Virus record (IMG/VR): IMGVR_UViG_3300033998_000398
Location: 1-47,484 of that record
Length of the DNA: 47,484 bases
Reading direction: 5' to 3' (one strand)
Source: a virus
How positions within the stretch are numbered: position 1 is the stretch's first letter; each line of letters begins with the position of its first letter. A program made the position numbers and the translations under genes. Below, piece after piece: positions 24,672-34,084 of the stretch. The notes beneath the pieces are model-generated. The model saw only the letters and a list, made by a program, of their open reading frames with translations. It had not been told where the DNA came from and did no database searches.

Positions 24672-26132
24672 CTATACATCTTCATAGATGTCTTCTCCAA
24701 GCCTTTCTTCCTGTTTCTTGCGTTTCTGCCTGTCACTTATAATCTTCTGGTTCATATTGTAGGTATTCATCCCTACAGTGTTCCAGGTGTTATCTCCAGT
24801 GACATTCAATTTACCCATTTCTTTATCAAAGTATTTGTCCACATCATCCCCAAATAGCCGTTTATACTTGTAATAATTGTTGGCATAGTCTGGGAAATAT
24901 GATTTGATGATTAATTCAGAATTCAGGTTGGGTAGGATGTTCATTAGTTTAACACCGATATCACTGAGGTTTTTAATGTTTTCATCTGAATTGTTAATGT
25001 ACTCTATTTTCACTTTACCTACAGCGTCAGGGTAGTGTAATTCCAGTTCTTTATCAATAATTTCCCTGTTAATGTAATTGCAGACAAATTCCTGTATGTA
25101 TTCAATGACTTTAGCATATCCAGTGTCACTATTTAACTGTTCTTTTGCAGTAGACCTGTTAGTGGTGGTGCTACTGAATTTAGAGTCAGGTGTAAGTAGA
25201 GCATTCCTTATCTCACTTTTAATGTATTTCAGGTAATTGATGTAGTCGGGTAAGGTGCTGTTACCTATTACTTGTGGCTCCAGTCCATACGGGTAGGCTA
25301 CAACATCCTTTTTATTGGATTTACTGAACCACTTCATCACCTGTTTAATGAAAACATCATCTACTGCCTCTGCACTGACATCTCTGTTACCAAGTTGCAC
25401 ACCCAGTAGGACACCTGCCTTATGTGCAGATAATAGTAGGAAATGTTCAAGATTAGCCTTAACCTCTACCAGTTCCAGTACAGGGTAAAGTATACTGGTA
25501 CCTACCCCTCCATCCTCCATCCAGGTACTGTAGATTATTTCCTCTGGCATGAAGGTGATAGTTACTTCTTCTGGTTCCTCTACTATTTCATCAAAATCAG
25601 CGGTTTTCCAATTTTTGACTGGTTTGCTCCTAATGATTAACTGTTTGTAACCTATGATTTCATCGGTTGCTGGGTCTCTTATGATTTTCCATTTGTATCG
25701 TTCACCATCATTGGCAAGGATTTTTAGTTTAATACTACCGTTTTCAATGTACCTGTTGATGAACATGCAGCCATCAATCAGATTTCTTTTAATGAATTCA
25801 TCTATGAAATTGGATAAATCCCATTCCTCTATTTTCTTTTCTATGTGTTCTACGGCGTCATTGTATTCAGGATTGTCTGCTACTACATTGAATTTGATAT
25901 TGGATAGTATTATAAGGTTATTTATGGTGGAGTTTACTGTGCTGTCATATTTGTAGGCATATCTGAAGTTTTTTATGCTCCTGTTTATCCTAAATGGTAT
26001 TGAGTCGATGAAGTCTTTACTGTTTTCTGTGGTTATTGTGCCACCAACCAGTGTCATCCCTTTATTTTCTGGTTCGATGATTCCTCTACCTTGAGTATTG
26101 AAAATGTTAGTTAATCTATCCCAGAATCCCAT
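24672..26132 (-). CDS. Portal protein
   Basis: 486 aa; follows TerL; GTSIL.PV and IRNALLTP...TNRSTA patterns. Confidence 0.8.
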   Translation of the reverse strand: MGFWDRLTNIFNTQGRGIIEPENKGMTLVGGTITTENSKDFIDSIPFRINRSIKNFRYAYKYDSTVNSTINNLIILSNIKFNVVADNPEYNDAVEHIEKKIEEWDLSNFIDEFIKRNLIDGCMFINRYIENGSIKLKILANDGERYKWKIIRDPATDEIIGYKQLIIRSKPVKNWKTADFDEIVEEPEEVTITFMPEEIIYSTWMEDGGVGTSILYPVLELVEVKANLEHFLLLSAHKAGVLLGVQLGNRDVSAEAVDDVFIKQVMKWFSKSNKKDVVAYPYGLEPQVIGNSTLPDYINYLKYIKSEIRNALLTPDSKFSSTTTNRSTAKEQLNSDTGYAKVIEYIQEFVCNYINREIIDKELELHYPDAVGKVKIEYINNSDENIKNLSDIGVKLMNILPNLNSELIIKSYFPDYANNYYKYKRLFGDDVDKYFDKEMGKLNVTGDNTWNTVGMNTYNMNQKIISDRQKRKKQEERLGEDIYEDV

Positions 26133-26163
26133 TAAAAAGTCCCTCCATGAGAATTTATAAAAG

Positions 26164-26189
26164 AGTTATAAGTTATAAGTTATAAGTTA
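26164..26189. repeat. (GTTATAA)n heptamer repeat, 3.5 copies
   Basis: Read directly; overlaps the TerL stop. Confidence 0.9.
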
Positions 26190-27566
26190 GAAATTGTGAC
26201 TATTAAGATAGGCATATCTGTCAAAATTAGTTATATTCTGTTTCTCCATCCCAGTAAGGTAATTGTAACCCATTGCTGTAGCGTCCACCTGGTCATCATG
26301 ACTACACTGGTCTGGAATAAAATTATCAAATTCCTCCAAGAAATCCCTTGTCCACTTACCAGGGAATATCTTCACTTTACCAGTCTCCACAGCACTGGAC
26401 AATGGAAAAGCTCTTTTCTCCTTAGATTGTGAAGGAAACATCCAAGCTACAGCATGATTAGATAGTAATGAAGTAAAATTAGATTTCATAATAGTACCAG
26501 CAACACCTGGCTGCTGTTCAAATAATTGTATAGTACCGTAAGGGTCGGAATCCGCTACTTCCTTGATTTTCTTCTCCATCTTAGCGGGTGTAGTTCTGAA
26601 CCGTACAACATCTCTGATGTATATACTGCCGTGTTCATCCATCTCCATAAGGACACCTACGGTATAGTCAGGGTCTTCAGATGTGTCACCTACTACACCA
26701 AAATCCCAAGCCCTTACCCTTTTAATGATTTTACCTTCAACATTATTTGTCTCTATAAAATTGCCACTATAGAACATCCCACCCTCTTTGAGTCGTGGGT
26801 CTTGCATATAGAGGCAATTAAACCAGAAATCACCTATTGTTTTCTTGATTTCATGCATACGCTTAGTACTGAATCGCTCTTCCCACACTGAATTACCATT
26901 TTCATCAAGTGCGGGGTATATGAGAGTGTGCCAGTCCTCAATATCCTCCTGTAACAGTTGTCCTGTTAAATCATCCACACTCCACCTGGTCTGTATAAGT
27001 ATGAGTACTCCATCTGGTTCCAGTCGGGTGTAAGCGGTGGAGTCGAACCAGTCTCTTATTGCCTGTTTCCTTGCAGGGCTAAGTGCCTCCTCAGCGTTCT
27101 TAATAGGGTCGTCGATTATCAGGACATCGGCACCTCTACCAGTAATTGAACCACCAACACCTGCAGTGTTCATGCCACCCAGATGATTTTTAATATCCCA
27201 TGAGTTTTTTGCTTTACTTTTCTTATTTACATGTATATCCCAGTATTTTCCATATTCATCCACTATATCCCTGGCTTTCATACCAAAACTGGCAGCAAAA
27301 TTGGCTTCATAAGATGTGAATAGTACCCTATGGTCTGGTTTGTTAATCAGGTACCAGGCTGGGAATATTGTGGATGTGGTTAGGCTTTTACCGAACCTTG
27401 GAGGCATATTAATAACTAACCTTTTGATTTCACCATTCAATATACCTCTAAAAGCCTCTGCAATCTCTAATAGGTGGGGTGCAAATTTGTATTTGGGGTA
27501 TACGAATTTGGCAAATGATGGGAAATGTGCTTTAATAATGGCAAGTTCTTTCTGTGTCAGTGGCAT
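26187..27566 (-). CDS. terL: Terminase large subunit
   Basis: MPPRFGKS Walker A, LIIDDP Walker B, AWDFG and HDDQVDA nuclease motifs. Confidence 0.95.
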   Translation of the reverse strand: MPLTQKELAIIKAHFPSFAKFVYPKYKFAPHLLEIAEAFRGILNGEIKRLVINMPPRFGKSLTTSTIFPAWYLINKPDHRVLFTSYEANFAASFGMKARDIVDEYGKYWDIHVNKKSKAKNSWDIKNHLGGMNTAGVGGSITGRGADVLIIDDPIKNAEEALSPARKQAIRDWFDSTAYTRLEPDGVLILIQTRWSVDDLTGQLLQEDIEDWHTLIYPALDENGNSVWEERFSTKRMHEIKKTIGDFWFNCLYMQDPRLKEGGMFYSGNFIETNNVEGKIIKRVRAWDFGVVGDTSEDPDYTVGVLMEMDEHGSIYIRDVVRFRTTPAKMEKKIKEVADSDPYGTIQLFEQQPGVAGTIMKSNFTSLLSNHAVAWMFPSQSKEKRAFPLSSAVETGKVKIFPGKWTRDFLEEFDNFIPDQCSHDDQVDATAMGYNYLTGMEKQNITNFDRYAYLNSHNF

Positions 27567-27572
27567 ATTCAG

Positions 27573-28061
27573 TCACTCTTTATCGTTTTTTGCTACTTTT
27601 TCATTAAGTGCCTTCCAAATTTCATCATCCTCTTGTATCATACTAATGACATTTTCATCGTATTCCCTGTTGATTTCATCCATGAGTTTCTTATCCAGTC
27701 CTCCATTTAATTCAAGGTAGAGGTTGACAAATTCTTTGAATTCTTTTACATTTCGTATTTTGAATGGTGTTTCACCGTATTGGAGTGGTTGGAATACTTC
27801 TTTGGTGAGTATGGCAAGGATTGCTTTTTTTAGGGTTTCTATGACTTGTGGTGCTGTGGCAAGGTTGGCTTCCCTTATCTTATGGGTTACTGCCTGGTTT
27901 CTTTTCTCTATTCTTTCATTCCATTTGAGTTCTTTCTGCCATTTCATTAATGTGCCGACTGGTATCCCTGTTTCCTGTGCAAGGTCTTTTATAGACCTTT
28001 TTTCACCCATTTCATAGTATAATTCAAAGGCTTTTTCTTGCTGGGGTGTCTCACTTTTCAT
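27573..28061 (-). CDS. terS: Terminase small subunit
   Basis: N-terminal HTH (KAFELY...SIKDLAQETG....LMKW..ELKW.ER); directly upstream of TerL. Confidence 0.75.
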   Translation of the reverse strand: MKSETPQQEKAFELYYEMGEKRSIKDLAQETGIPVGTLMKWQKELKWNERIEKRNQAVTHKIREANLATAPQVIETLKKAILAILTKEVFQPLQYGETPFKIRNVKEFKEFVNLYLELNGGLDKKLMDEINREYDENVISMIQEDDEIWKALNEKVAKNDKE

Positions 28062-28674
28062 GCTTTATAACCTCACCACAATTGGGGCAGATTATCTCTA
28101 TATAGTCGCTATGACTGTACTGTTCATGGTCTTCATCATAGTCTTCTTTCTCTATTATCCCTGCCTCTTTTTTTATTGCTTTTTCCACTGCTTTGCTTAT
28201 GGTGTCTTCTGTTATTTCATCTTTGAAGAGGTCTGGGTCGATTTCTGGGATGTCGGAATTTTCTATTTCTATGTCGCTTAACATGACATCTAATTCAAAG
28301 TCTGCCAGACCTGTAAGTTCTAAATCAAAATTAGTTTCATTTAATTGTTTAATGATGGTTTCCAGTTTATCTTCATCAAAGAAACCACCTATGCGGTTCA
28401 TTGCAATGTTTAAGGCTTTTTCTCTGTCCTCATCGATGTCTATTACTATGCAGTCGATTTCTTTGTATCCCAGGAATTGTAGTGCTTTGTATCTATGTGA
28501 ACCTGATACTATGTGATTGTTTCTTTTGTTGACTACTATGAGTTCCAGGTAACCATTGGTTTCAATGTTCTTGATTAGTTTCTGCATTTCTTCTTCTGGA
28601 AATATTCTGGGGTTATATTCTGGGATTTTAAGTGTGCTGAGTTTTAGTTTCTGTATTTCCACCATTTTAATCAC
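28051..28674 (-). CDS. ParB-like N-terminal domain protein with C-terminal CPNCG
   Basis: YNPR...LIKNI...G....IVVN....IVSGSHRYKAL. Confidence 0.85.
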   Translation of the reverse strand: MIKMVEIQKLKLSTLKIPEYNPRIFPEEEMQKLIKNIETNGYLELIVVNKRNNHIVSGSHRYKALQFLGYKEIDCIVIDIDEDREKALNIAMNRIGGFFDEDKLETIIKQLNETNFDLELTGLADFELDVMLSDIEIENSDIPEIDPDLFKDEITEDTISKAVEKAIKKEAGIIEKEDYDEDHEQYSHSDYIEIICPNCGEVIKHEK

Positions 28675-28692
28675 ATTAAAAAGAATGAATTA

Positions 28693-29058
28693 TTAGGAGA
28701 ATTTGGCTATTAAGCCTATGATGATTGTTGCGATGGCTATTATCCAGCCTACATAGGATTTGAAGCGTTGCATGTTGTCATCTGATAGTTCATCGATTTC
28801 TGTTTCCAGGTCTTTTATGCGGTCTTTGAGTTCTTTTATCTGTATTTCTTTGACTGTGTTGAGTTCTGACTGTACGGCTATGAGTTTTTCCTCTATTCTT
28901 GCCCTGTCCTCTCTACTTAATGTTATTTGTTCATTGAGTAGGTCAATGTATTTTTCAAATTTATCTATTTTTTTATCTATATTTTCAAGGTCGCGTTTTA
29001 TGAGTTTGTAGAGTCCTGCGATGTCTGTTTTTTCACATAACCCGCATTCACTGCTCAT
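28693..29058 (-). CDS. Coiled-coil protein with C-terminal TM (possible lysis accessory)
   Basis: Heptad pattern plus YVGWIIAIATIIIGLIA. Confidence 0.6.
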   Translation of the reverse strand: MSSECGLCEKTDIAGLYKLIKRDLENIDKKIDKFEKYIDLLNEQITLSREDRARIEEKLIAVQSELNTVKEIQIKELKDRIKDLETEIDELSDDNMQRFKSYVGWIIAIATIIIGLIAKFS

Positions 29059-29248
29059 CCAGTATCTCTCCTTCTGAATCGCTGACTATCACTTCTGGGT
29101 ATAGCATGTCCAGTATTGCTACGATGATTGTTGCTGCGGTGAGTGCTATCTGCTGTGTCTGGTCTGCAGGGATAGTGATTATTAGGGGTAGTAGTATAAG
29201 GAGGATGTCTGAGATTACTGTGGTTATTGTACCTTTGTTTATTTCCAT
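29048..29248 (-). CDS. Holin-like small membrane protein
   Basis: 66 aa with two hydrophobic segments. Confidence 0.5.
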   Translation of the reverse strand: MEINKGTITTVISDILLILLPLIITIPADQTQQIALTAATIIVAILDMLYPEVIVSDSEGEILDEQ

Positions 29249-29268
29249 ATTATCACCTCAATCTTTTT

Positions 29269-30039
29269 TTATTGGTATTCATGCAGTACTTGGTCTGCAT
29301 GGTAAAATTTAGGGTTAATGTGAAGGTTTTTATTGATATCAAGTCTTAGGAATGATTCTGGGATTATCGGTAAAGTCATCTGGTGTGCATAACTGTTATC
29401 GTATTTCAGGAAATGTCCTGTTAGTCCATAGTATTTTCTTTTTAATCCATTGTGGGTTCTTATGGGTACGCTGTTGAATCTGCAGCGGTGTAAGTGTCCT
29501 GATAGGATTATGTCGGCTTCTATGTGCATGTTTTCTCTTATCATTTTTCCTTCGGCAAGGTCATCCCTTTGTGCTGAACCTTTGCCATGTTTACCGTAAA
29601 CTACCAGTTCCTGGTCGTTTATGAGTATCCTGTCAAAGAAATCAAAACAAACATCTGTTTTTAGTGCTCTGCCGACATGGCTTAAAACATTGTAGTCATA
29701 GTCTTTGAGTAGTCTGGCTTCATGATTTCCTATGACTATTTTTCTTATGTATTTCTTGTAGGGTTTTAGGTAGGATATTATTTCATCTAATTGTTCATCT
29801 GTGGTTTTTACAGTTTTGTAGGCACTGTTCCCTACTCTGAGGGATGCACATTCGATTATGTCACCCAGTAGGTACATTATTTTGTGGCTTTCTATTTCAT
29901 CAAACCTGTCAAGGAAATAGTTGAAGTATGCTTCATTAAAGTGGCTGCTGCCTATGTGAATGTCGCTTACTGGGAATATGTAGAGTCTTTTACTGCCTGT
30001 TAATCTGATACTGTAGTCTTTCATGGGTATACCATCCAA
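29269..30039 (-). CDS. Calcineurin-like metallophosphoesterase
   Basis: SDIHIG, LGD, GNHE, HG and GHLH motifs. Confidence 0.9.
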   Translation of the reverse strand: MDGIPMKDYSIRLTGSKRLYIFPVSDIHIGSSHFNEAYFNYFLDRFDEIESHKIMYLLGDIIECASLRVGNSAYKTVKTTDEQLDEIISYLKPYKKYIRKIVIGNHEARLLKDYDYNVLSHVGRALKTDVCFDFFDRILINDQELVVYGKHGKGSAQRDDLAEGKMIRENMHIEADIILSGHLHRCRFNSVPIRTHNGLKRKYYGLTGHFLKYDNSYAHQMTLPIIPESFLRLDINKNLHINPKFYHADQVLHEYQ

Positions 30040-30061
30040 TAGGGAAAATGAGAGAAAAATG

Positions 30062-30093
30062 AAGTTATAAGTTATAAGTTATAAGTTATAAGT
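30062..30093. repeat. (AAGTTAT)n heptamer repeat, 4.5 copies
   Basis: Read directly. Confidence 0.9.
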
Positions 30094-30107
30094 CGATTTT
30101 TATTAAA

Positions 30108-30503
30108 TTATTTGAGTCCTAATAATTGTTTCTGTCGCTTAATAGCCTTATATTCCTTTTCGAAGTCTATTTCACCATTCTTATCTTTTATTGGTTCTTC
30201 TTTGAGGTTTGTTTTTAGGCTGCCAAGTTGTTTAGCGTCGTAAAAGTCTTTGTTTTCCATTCTTCGTTTCCTTATACTGGTGGCGTTGATTATGTACTGT
30301 TTTAGCCTGTAACATTCTTTGTCACAGTACTTTTGATGTCCGTGTCTGGGAATGAATTCTTTACCGCACCACTGACAGATACGGGGTTCTTTGTTCATGT
30401 ACCTTTTCTTATTCTTACAATGAGAACTACAATAAATGGCGTCTCTACGCTTCGCTTTAAATCTTCTACCGCATATAGGACATTCTTTAAGGTATATAGT
30501 CAT
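30108..30503 (-). CDS. Zn-finger protein with two CxxC..YC repeats
   Basis: CPICGRRF...YCSSHC and CQWCGKEF...YCDKEC. Confidence 0.8.
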   Translation of the reverse strand: MTIYLKECPICGRRFKAKRRDAIYCSSHCKNKKRYMNKEPRICQWCGKEFIPRHGHQKYCDKECYRLKQYIINATSIRKRRMENKDFYDAKQLGSLKTNLKEEPIKDKNGEIDFEKEYKAIKRQKQLLGLK

Positions 30504-30826
30504 TCATCATCACCATTTAGAAAATCCTGTAGTGTAGAATTCTTTTCAGTGTAACTTGGTATGTGCCTGTACAGTGTCCCATTATTAGATAAACCAATAG
30601 GTACCTTGGTAAGATTAATGCTGAACTCAGAATTGCATGGAATTAGGGTTTTAACTTCTCTAATATCAGCATTTACATATAATAATAAGTCTTTGAAGAA
30701 ACTGCAGTGATTACAATACTTGATATCCTTTTTAAGTTCTCTCTCAACTTTTTCTTTACCATATAACTTTTTACTGTTATATGAGTCTTCTCTGCAGCAT
30801 ATATGAAGCGTTTTAGTTGATTGCAT
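30500..30826 (-). CDS. Hypothetical protein
   Basis: RBS GAGGT; ATGA overlap. Confidence 0.65.
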   Translation of the reverse strand: MQSTKTLHICCREDSYNSKKLYGKEKVERELKKDIKYCNHCSFFKDLLLYVNADIREVKTLIPCNSEFSINLTKVPIGLSNNGTLYRHIPSYTEKNSTLQDFLNGDDE

Positions 30827-30832
30827 AATTAT

Positions 30833-31012
30833 TTACCTCTTTACCTGGTAATAGAATGGCATGAGATAATTTTTATTCCCTGGTTTTGTGTGGTACCTGA
30901 TTATCCCAGTATCGGTTTCTGCCTCCACTACAAATGTCCTTGGATAGTACCGTATTTTCCTGACATCACCGTGTCGTATGCTTATCTGTTCATACCAGTA
31001 CACATCGTACAT
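30833..31012 (-). CDS. Hypothetical protein, 59 aa (MYDVYWYEQISIRHG...)
   Basis: Hand translation; TAATG coupling with the HNH gene. Confidence 0.6.
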   Translation of the reverse strand: MYDVYWYEQISIRHGDVRKIRYYPRTFVVEAETDTGIIRYHTKPGNKNYLMPFYYQVKR

Positions 31013-31497
31013 TATATCATCCTATAGAGTTTGTTAAGTGCCCATTTCTTTGTAATAATGGCTTCCTCTTTTGTTTTGCAGGTTTTGATGACTTTTTGTT
31101 TCCCTTTGATTGTTAATCGTACATACCAGCGGTTTCCTTTTTTATATATGCATGGTTCTGGTGCATTGTCAGGTCTGTTATGTGAGTTTTTCCGTTTAGG
31201 GATTAACCTGAGGTTTTTCAGGGTGTTATTCAAGCCATTCTGGTCTTTATGGTCTATGACAAAACCGTCCCTTGCATAATATGTGTGTAATCTGAGGTAT
31301 CCGAACTTTTTAGGCTGACTGCACATCACATATAAAGACTTACCTTTTTTAGGGACTTCTATGTACCAGTCATAGGATTCTACCAGTTCCTTATTCCCTT
31401 TACAGTACAGGAACTTGTAGTGCTTCTTCCTTGTTTGTCTATTGTATATAAAAGTTTGACAGACCTCGCAATGCTTACATAAATTAATCTCATGCAA
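31012..31497 (-). CDS. HNH endonuclease with AP2-like C-terminal domain
   Basis: IDHKDQNGLNNTLKNLR...N; IYKKGNRWYVRL...KTKEEAI. Confidence 0.85.
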   Translation of the reverse strand: MHEINLCKHCEVCQTFIYNRQTRKKHYKFLYCKGNKELVESYDWYIEVPKKGKSLYVMCSQPKKFGYLRLHTYYARDGFVIDHKDQNGLNNTLKNLRLIPKRKNSHNRPDNAPEPCIYKKGNRWYVRLTIKGKQKVIKTCKTKEEAIITKKWALNKLYRMI

Positions 31498-31537
31498 AAT
31501 AAAGTCCCCCCCCTGCAGGTAGATAAAAAAATATGAA

Positions 31538-32065
31538 TTAGTAACAGGGTTTGAAGTGTAATGCGATGAAGATGATGTTAAAAGACTGAACTAAAAAAGA
31601 ATGAAGGTCTGTATTATTCTCCAGGATTAAATCAAAATAAGAATCAGGTAAATAGAATTTCCCTTTATCCCTTGAAATGCGGGATTCTGGGACATTCCTT
31701 AACTTTTTATCCCTTTTAATCCTGACTTTAAGGAGGCTGAAATCGTGCTTTTCCAGCATTTTCAGTCCATTATCATCTATCACATATACATTAATAGTGT
31801 CTTTACAAATATCATCACTAAAAACACAGTACCTTATTGGTCGATTCAAGGCTTCATCAAACCATTCAGTGTAAGCCAATGGTTCATATTTCTTTAATAG
31901 TTCATCCATTTTTTCAGGTGAATGGAATATGTGTTCATCATCATTTTCATCCCTTACTGGTCTATCAGTATGGGATTTCACCCTGTACCATCCTAATTCA
32001 TTAAGGTATCTGGCAAGGGTGGATTTCCCTGTGCCAGATTCACCTGTAAGGCAAATAATCTTCAT
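31538..32065 (-). CDS. Guanylate-kinase-like nucleoside monophosphate kinase
   Basis: GESGTGKST P-loop; SHTDRPVR (TTR.R-like); VIDDNG. Confidence 0.75.
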   Translation of the reverse strand: MKIICLTGESGTGKSTLARYLNELGWYRVKSHTDRPVRDENDDEHIFHSPEKMDELLKKYEPLAYTEWFDEALNRPIRYCVFSDDICKDTINVYVIDDNGLKMLEKHDFSLLKVRIKRDKKLRNVPESRISRDKGKFYLPDSYFDLILENNTDLHSFLVQSFNIIFIALHFKPCY

Positions 32066-32071
32066 ACAACC

Positions 32072-32665
32072 TCACCTTAAGTATGAATGTAAATTGTTAC
32101 TGTAGACTCTGAATTCACCTATCTTTGTACTGGTTTTCCCTGCAATGTATTTAGCGACCTCTGAGAGTGCACACATGTTCGGGTAATAGGCTTCAATGTC
32201 ATGACTTCTAAACAATACTGTAGTAAAGAGCATGTTATTCCGTATCTGGAATTGCACATGGTTCATGCAGGGTATATCATCCAGTTTAGTATCGATTTCT
32301 GGTCTATACAGTACCATTACTGCCCTACGGGTGTTAGGATTCTCTTTAAGTTTATTCACCACATAATCGTACTGGTTATCCATTAATAGGCGTTCACCGT
32401 AAGTGTAGATGAATCCCTGGGTATTGTCCTTGAAGAACTGGTCTATATACTTATCCAGTTTATCTCCTTTCCAGTATGGGTGATTGGTTGGGAATGGGTT
32501 TTTAATTATTGACACTACATTCAGTAGTTCTTTTACCTGTCCCCTTTCAGAATCTTCTATAATTCCTTCTTCATTGATGAGTTTCTTTAATCCTATTTCT
32601 ACACACCTGATGTTTGTGCCTACCACACAGTAGGGTTTATTTCTTGATTGATAGTAGTATAGCAT
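32072..32665 (-). CDS. thyA: Thymidylate synthase (archaeal short type)
   Basis: YTYGERL, TRRAV, PCMNHVQF, FRSHD...PN, NLHSY. Confidence 0.9.
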   Translation of the reverse strand: MLYYYQSRNKPYCVVGTNIRCVEIGLKKLINEEGIIEDSERGQVKELLNVVSIIKNPFPTNHPYWKGDKLDKYIDQFFKDNTQGFIYTYGERLLMDNQYDYVVNKLKENPNTRRAVMVLYRPEIDTKLDDIPCMNHVQFQIRNNMLFTTVLFRSHDIEAYYPNMCALSEVAKYIAGKTSTKIGEFRVYSNNLHSYLR

Positions 32666-32671
32666 TATTTT

Positions 32672-33190
32672 TCACCTACAGATTGAGCATGTTCCTTTAT
32701 GGTATTTGAGTAGTTTGGAGGGTGTTGCAAGGGTTTGTCCATTGTAGACTCCATTGTATGGGTCTGCATTTTTTACTGGGTGGAAACTCACCTGTGCAAT
32801 TGGTTCGTTCGGGTCTAACACTACTACATTATCTGAGGCGTTGAACAGTTCATAGGTTATCTGTCCTTCCCATCCAGCGTCTATTAGCCCTGCATTGTTA
32901 CTGAATAGTCCCATTCTACCTATGCTTGACCTTGTATGTAGTATTCCTGCTACTTCTTTGGAGAATTTGAAGTATTCGGGTGTATAGCCAAGCAGAAACT
33001 CTTTGGGTTTGATGATTATCGGTTTGGTATCCCTTACCAGATTACCCTGTTCGTCATAAAGTTTAGTTGATAATCCTACATCGTAAGTATTAGGCTGTAC
33101 TCTATCAGGATTGTATGGATTAATGCTTATCAATCCTTTTCTGATGTATTCTTTGATTTGATTCCCAGATAACACGGTGCACACTTCCAC
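32672..33190 (-). CDS. dcd: dCTP deaminase
   Basis: QPNTYDV, RSSIGRMG, GLIDAGWEGQIT, IAQV and YNG.YNGQ. Confidence 0.9.
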   Translation of the reverse strand: MEVCTVLSGNQIKEYIRKGLISINPYNPDRVQPNTYDVGLSTKLYDEQGNLVRDTKPIIIKPKEFLLGYTPEYFKFSKEVAGILHTRSSIGRMGLFSNNAGLIDAGWEGQITYELFNASDNVVVLDPNEPIAQVSFHPVKNADPYNGVYNGQTLATPSKLLKYHKGTCSICR

Positions 33191-33627
33191 ATTGTCCTGT
33201 TATATACATAGGTTTTGAACATCCTGTGAATGAGGATGACTTCTTCTTCAGTTAAAAAAAGGTTAAGTAAAGGGTAATGGTATCCTATGTGTCCATCGAT
33301 AATCTGGACTGGTAACTCAACCTTTTTGTTCTCTTTATTATCAAATAATTGTATGAATACGCTGGAATCCCTGAATAATTCCCTGAGGTACTCAAATTCC
33401 TCTTTATTCATCACTTGGTGGTTGTCCATGGAGTTTACGGTATAATTGATTTGTCTATATATGTTGTCAAGGGTGTTATAAATGTATTTGATGTAATCGA
33501 CCATGTCCTGTTCTGTGTGTTCATAGTACTCTGCATAATTGGCAAATATTATAGCCCTCACATTGTATGCGGCGGCTAATCTCTCAACTAAATCAGTGTT
33601 CTCCTCATATTTAATCACATTCTCCAT
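33130..33627 (-). CDS. Hypothetical protein
   Basis: Long ORF in operon context. Confidence 0.6.
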   Translation of the reverse strand: MENVIKYEENTDLVERLAAAYNVRAIIFANYAEYYEHTEQDMVDYIKYIYNTLDNIYRQINYTVNSMDNHQVMNKEEFEYLRELFRDSSVFIQLFDNKENKKVELPVQIIDGHIGYHYPLLNLFLTEEEVILIHRMFKTYVYNRTMWKCAPCYLGIKSKNTSEKD

Positions 33628-33628
33628 A

Positions 33629-33922
33629 CTAATCCCTTAATTTGAATGGGTACTCAATTATGTACTTAATTCCTGATTTTGATAATGGCGTCATATCGGC
33701 TCTTCGTATAATCATATTGTAAACCTGATAATCCACAAATTTGTCTATGGCTTTTTTAAATTTCTCTTTATCAGTATAGGTGAGGAATACTTTGCAGTAG
33801 AGGGAATCAAGGCTGAAATTCACATTTATTTCTTCAAATTCCAGTTCTGGGTACATTTCCTTGAATTCTTTAATCACCATCTTTTTTAAATCCAGCACCT
33901 GCATATTATTCATCTTTACCAC
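33629..33922 (-). CDS. Hypothetical protein
   Basis: ORF in operon context. Confidence 0.6.
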   Translation of the reverse strand: MVKMNNMQVLDLKKMVIKEFKEMYPELEFEEINVNFSLDSLYCKVFLTYTDKEKFKKAIDKFVDYQVYNMIIRRADMTPLSKSGIKYIIEYPFKLRD

Positions 33923-34084
33923 CTATCCTGTTCTATGATTACATATTTAGCCTTTGAAGTCATTATCATCCACATTGCAAAGAGTTTACTCTTCAGACTC
34001 TTACACTCCACACTAAACTGCACTGGTCTACCTAAATTCATATATACCAACTCCACAATTTACAACTAAAAAAATAGGTTTTTA

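Noticed and set aside
32072-32665. ThyA as a dCMP hydroxymethylase for base modification
   Set aside because: It retains the Asn (YYPN) associated with dUMP specificity, and the neighbouring dcd fits ordinary dTMP synthesis
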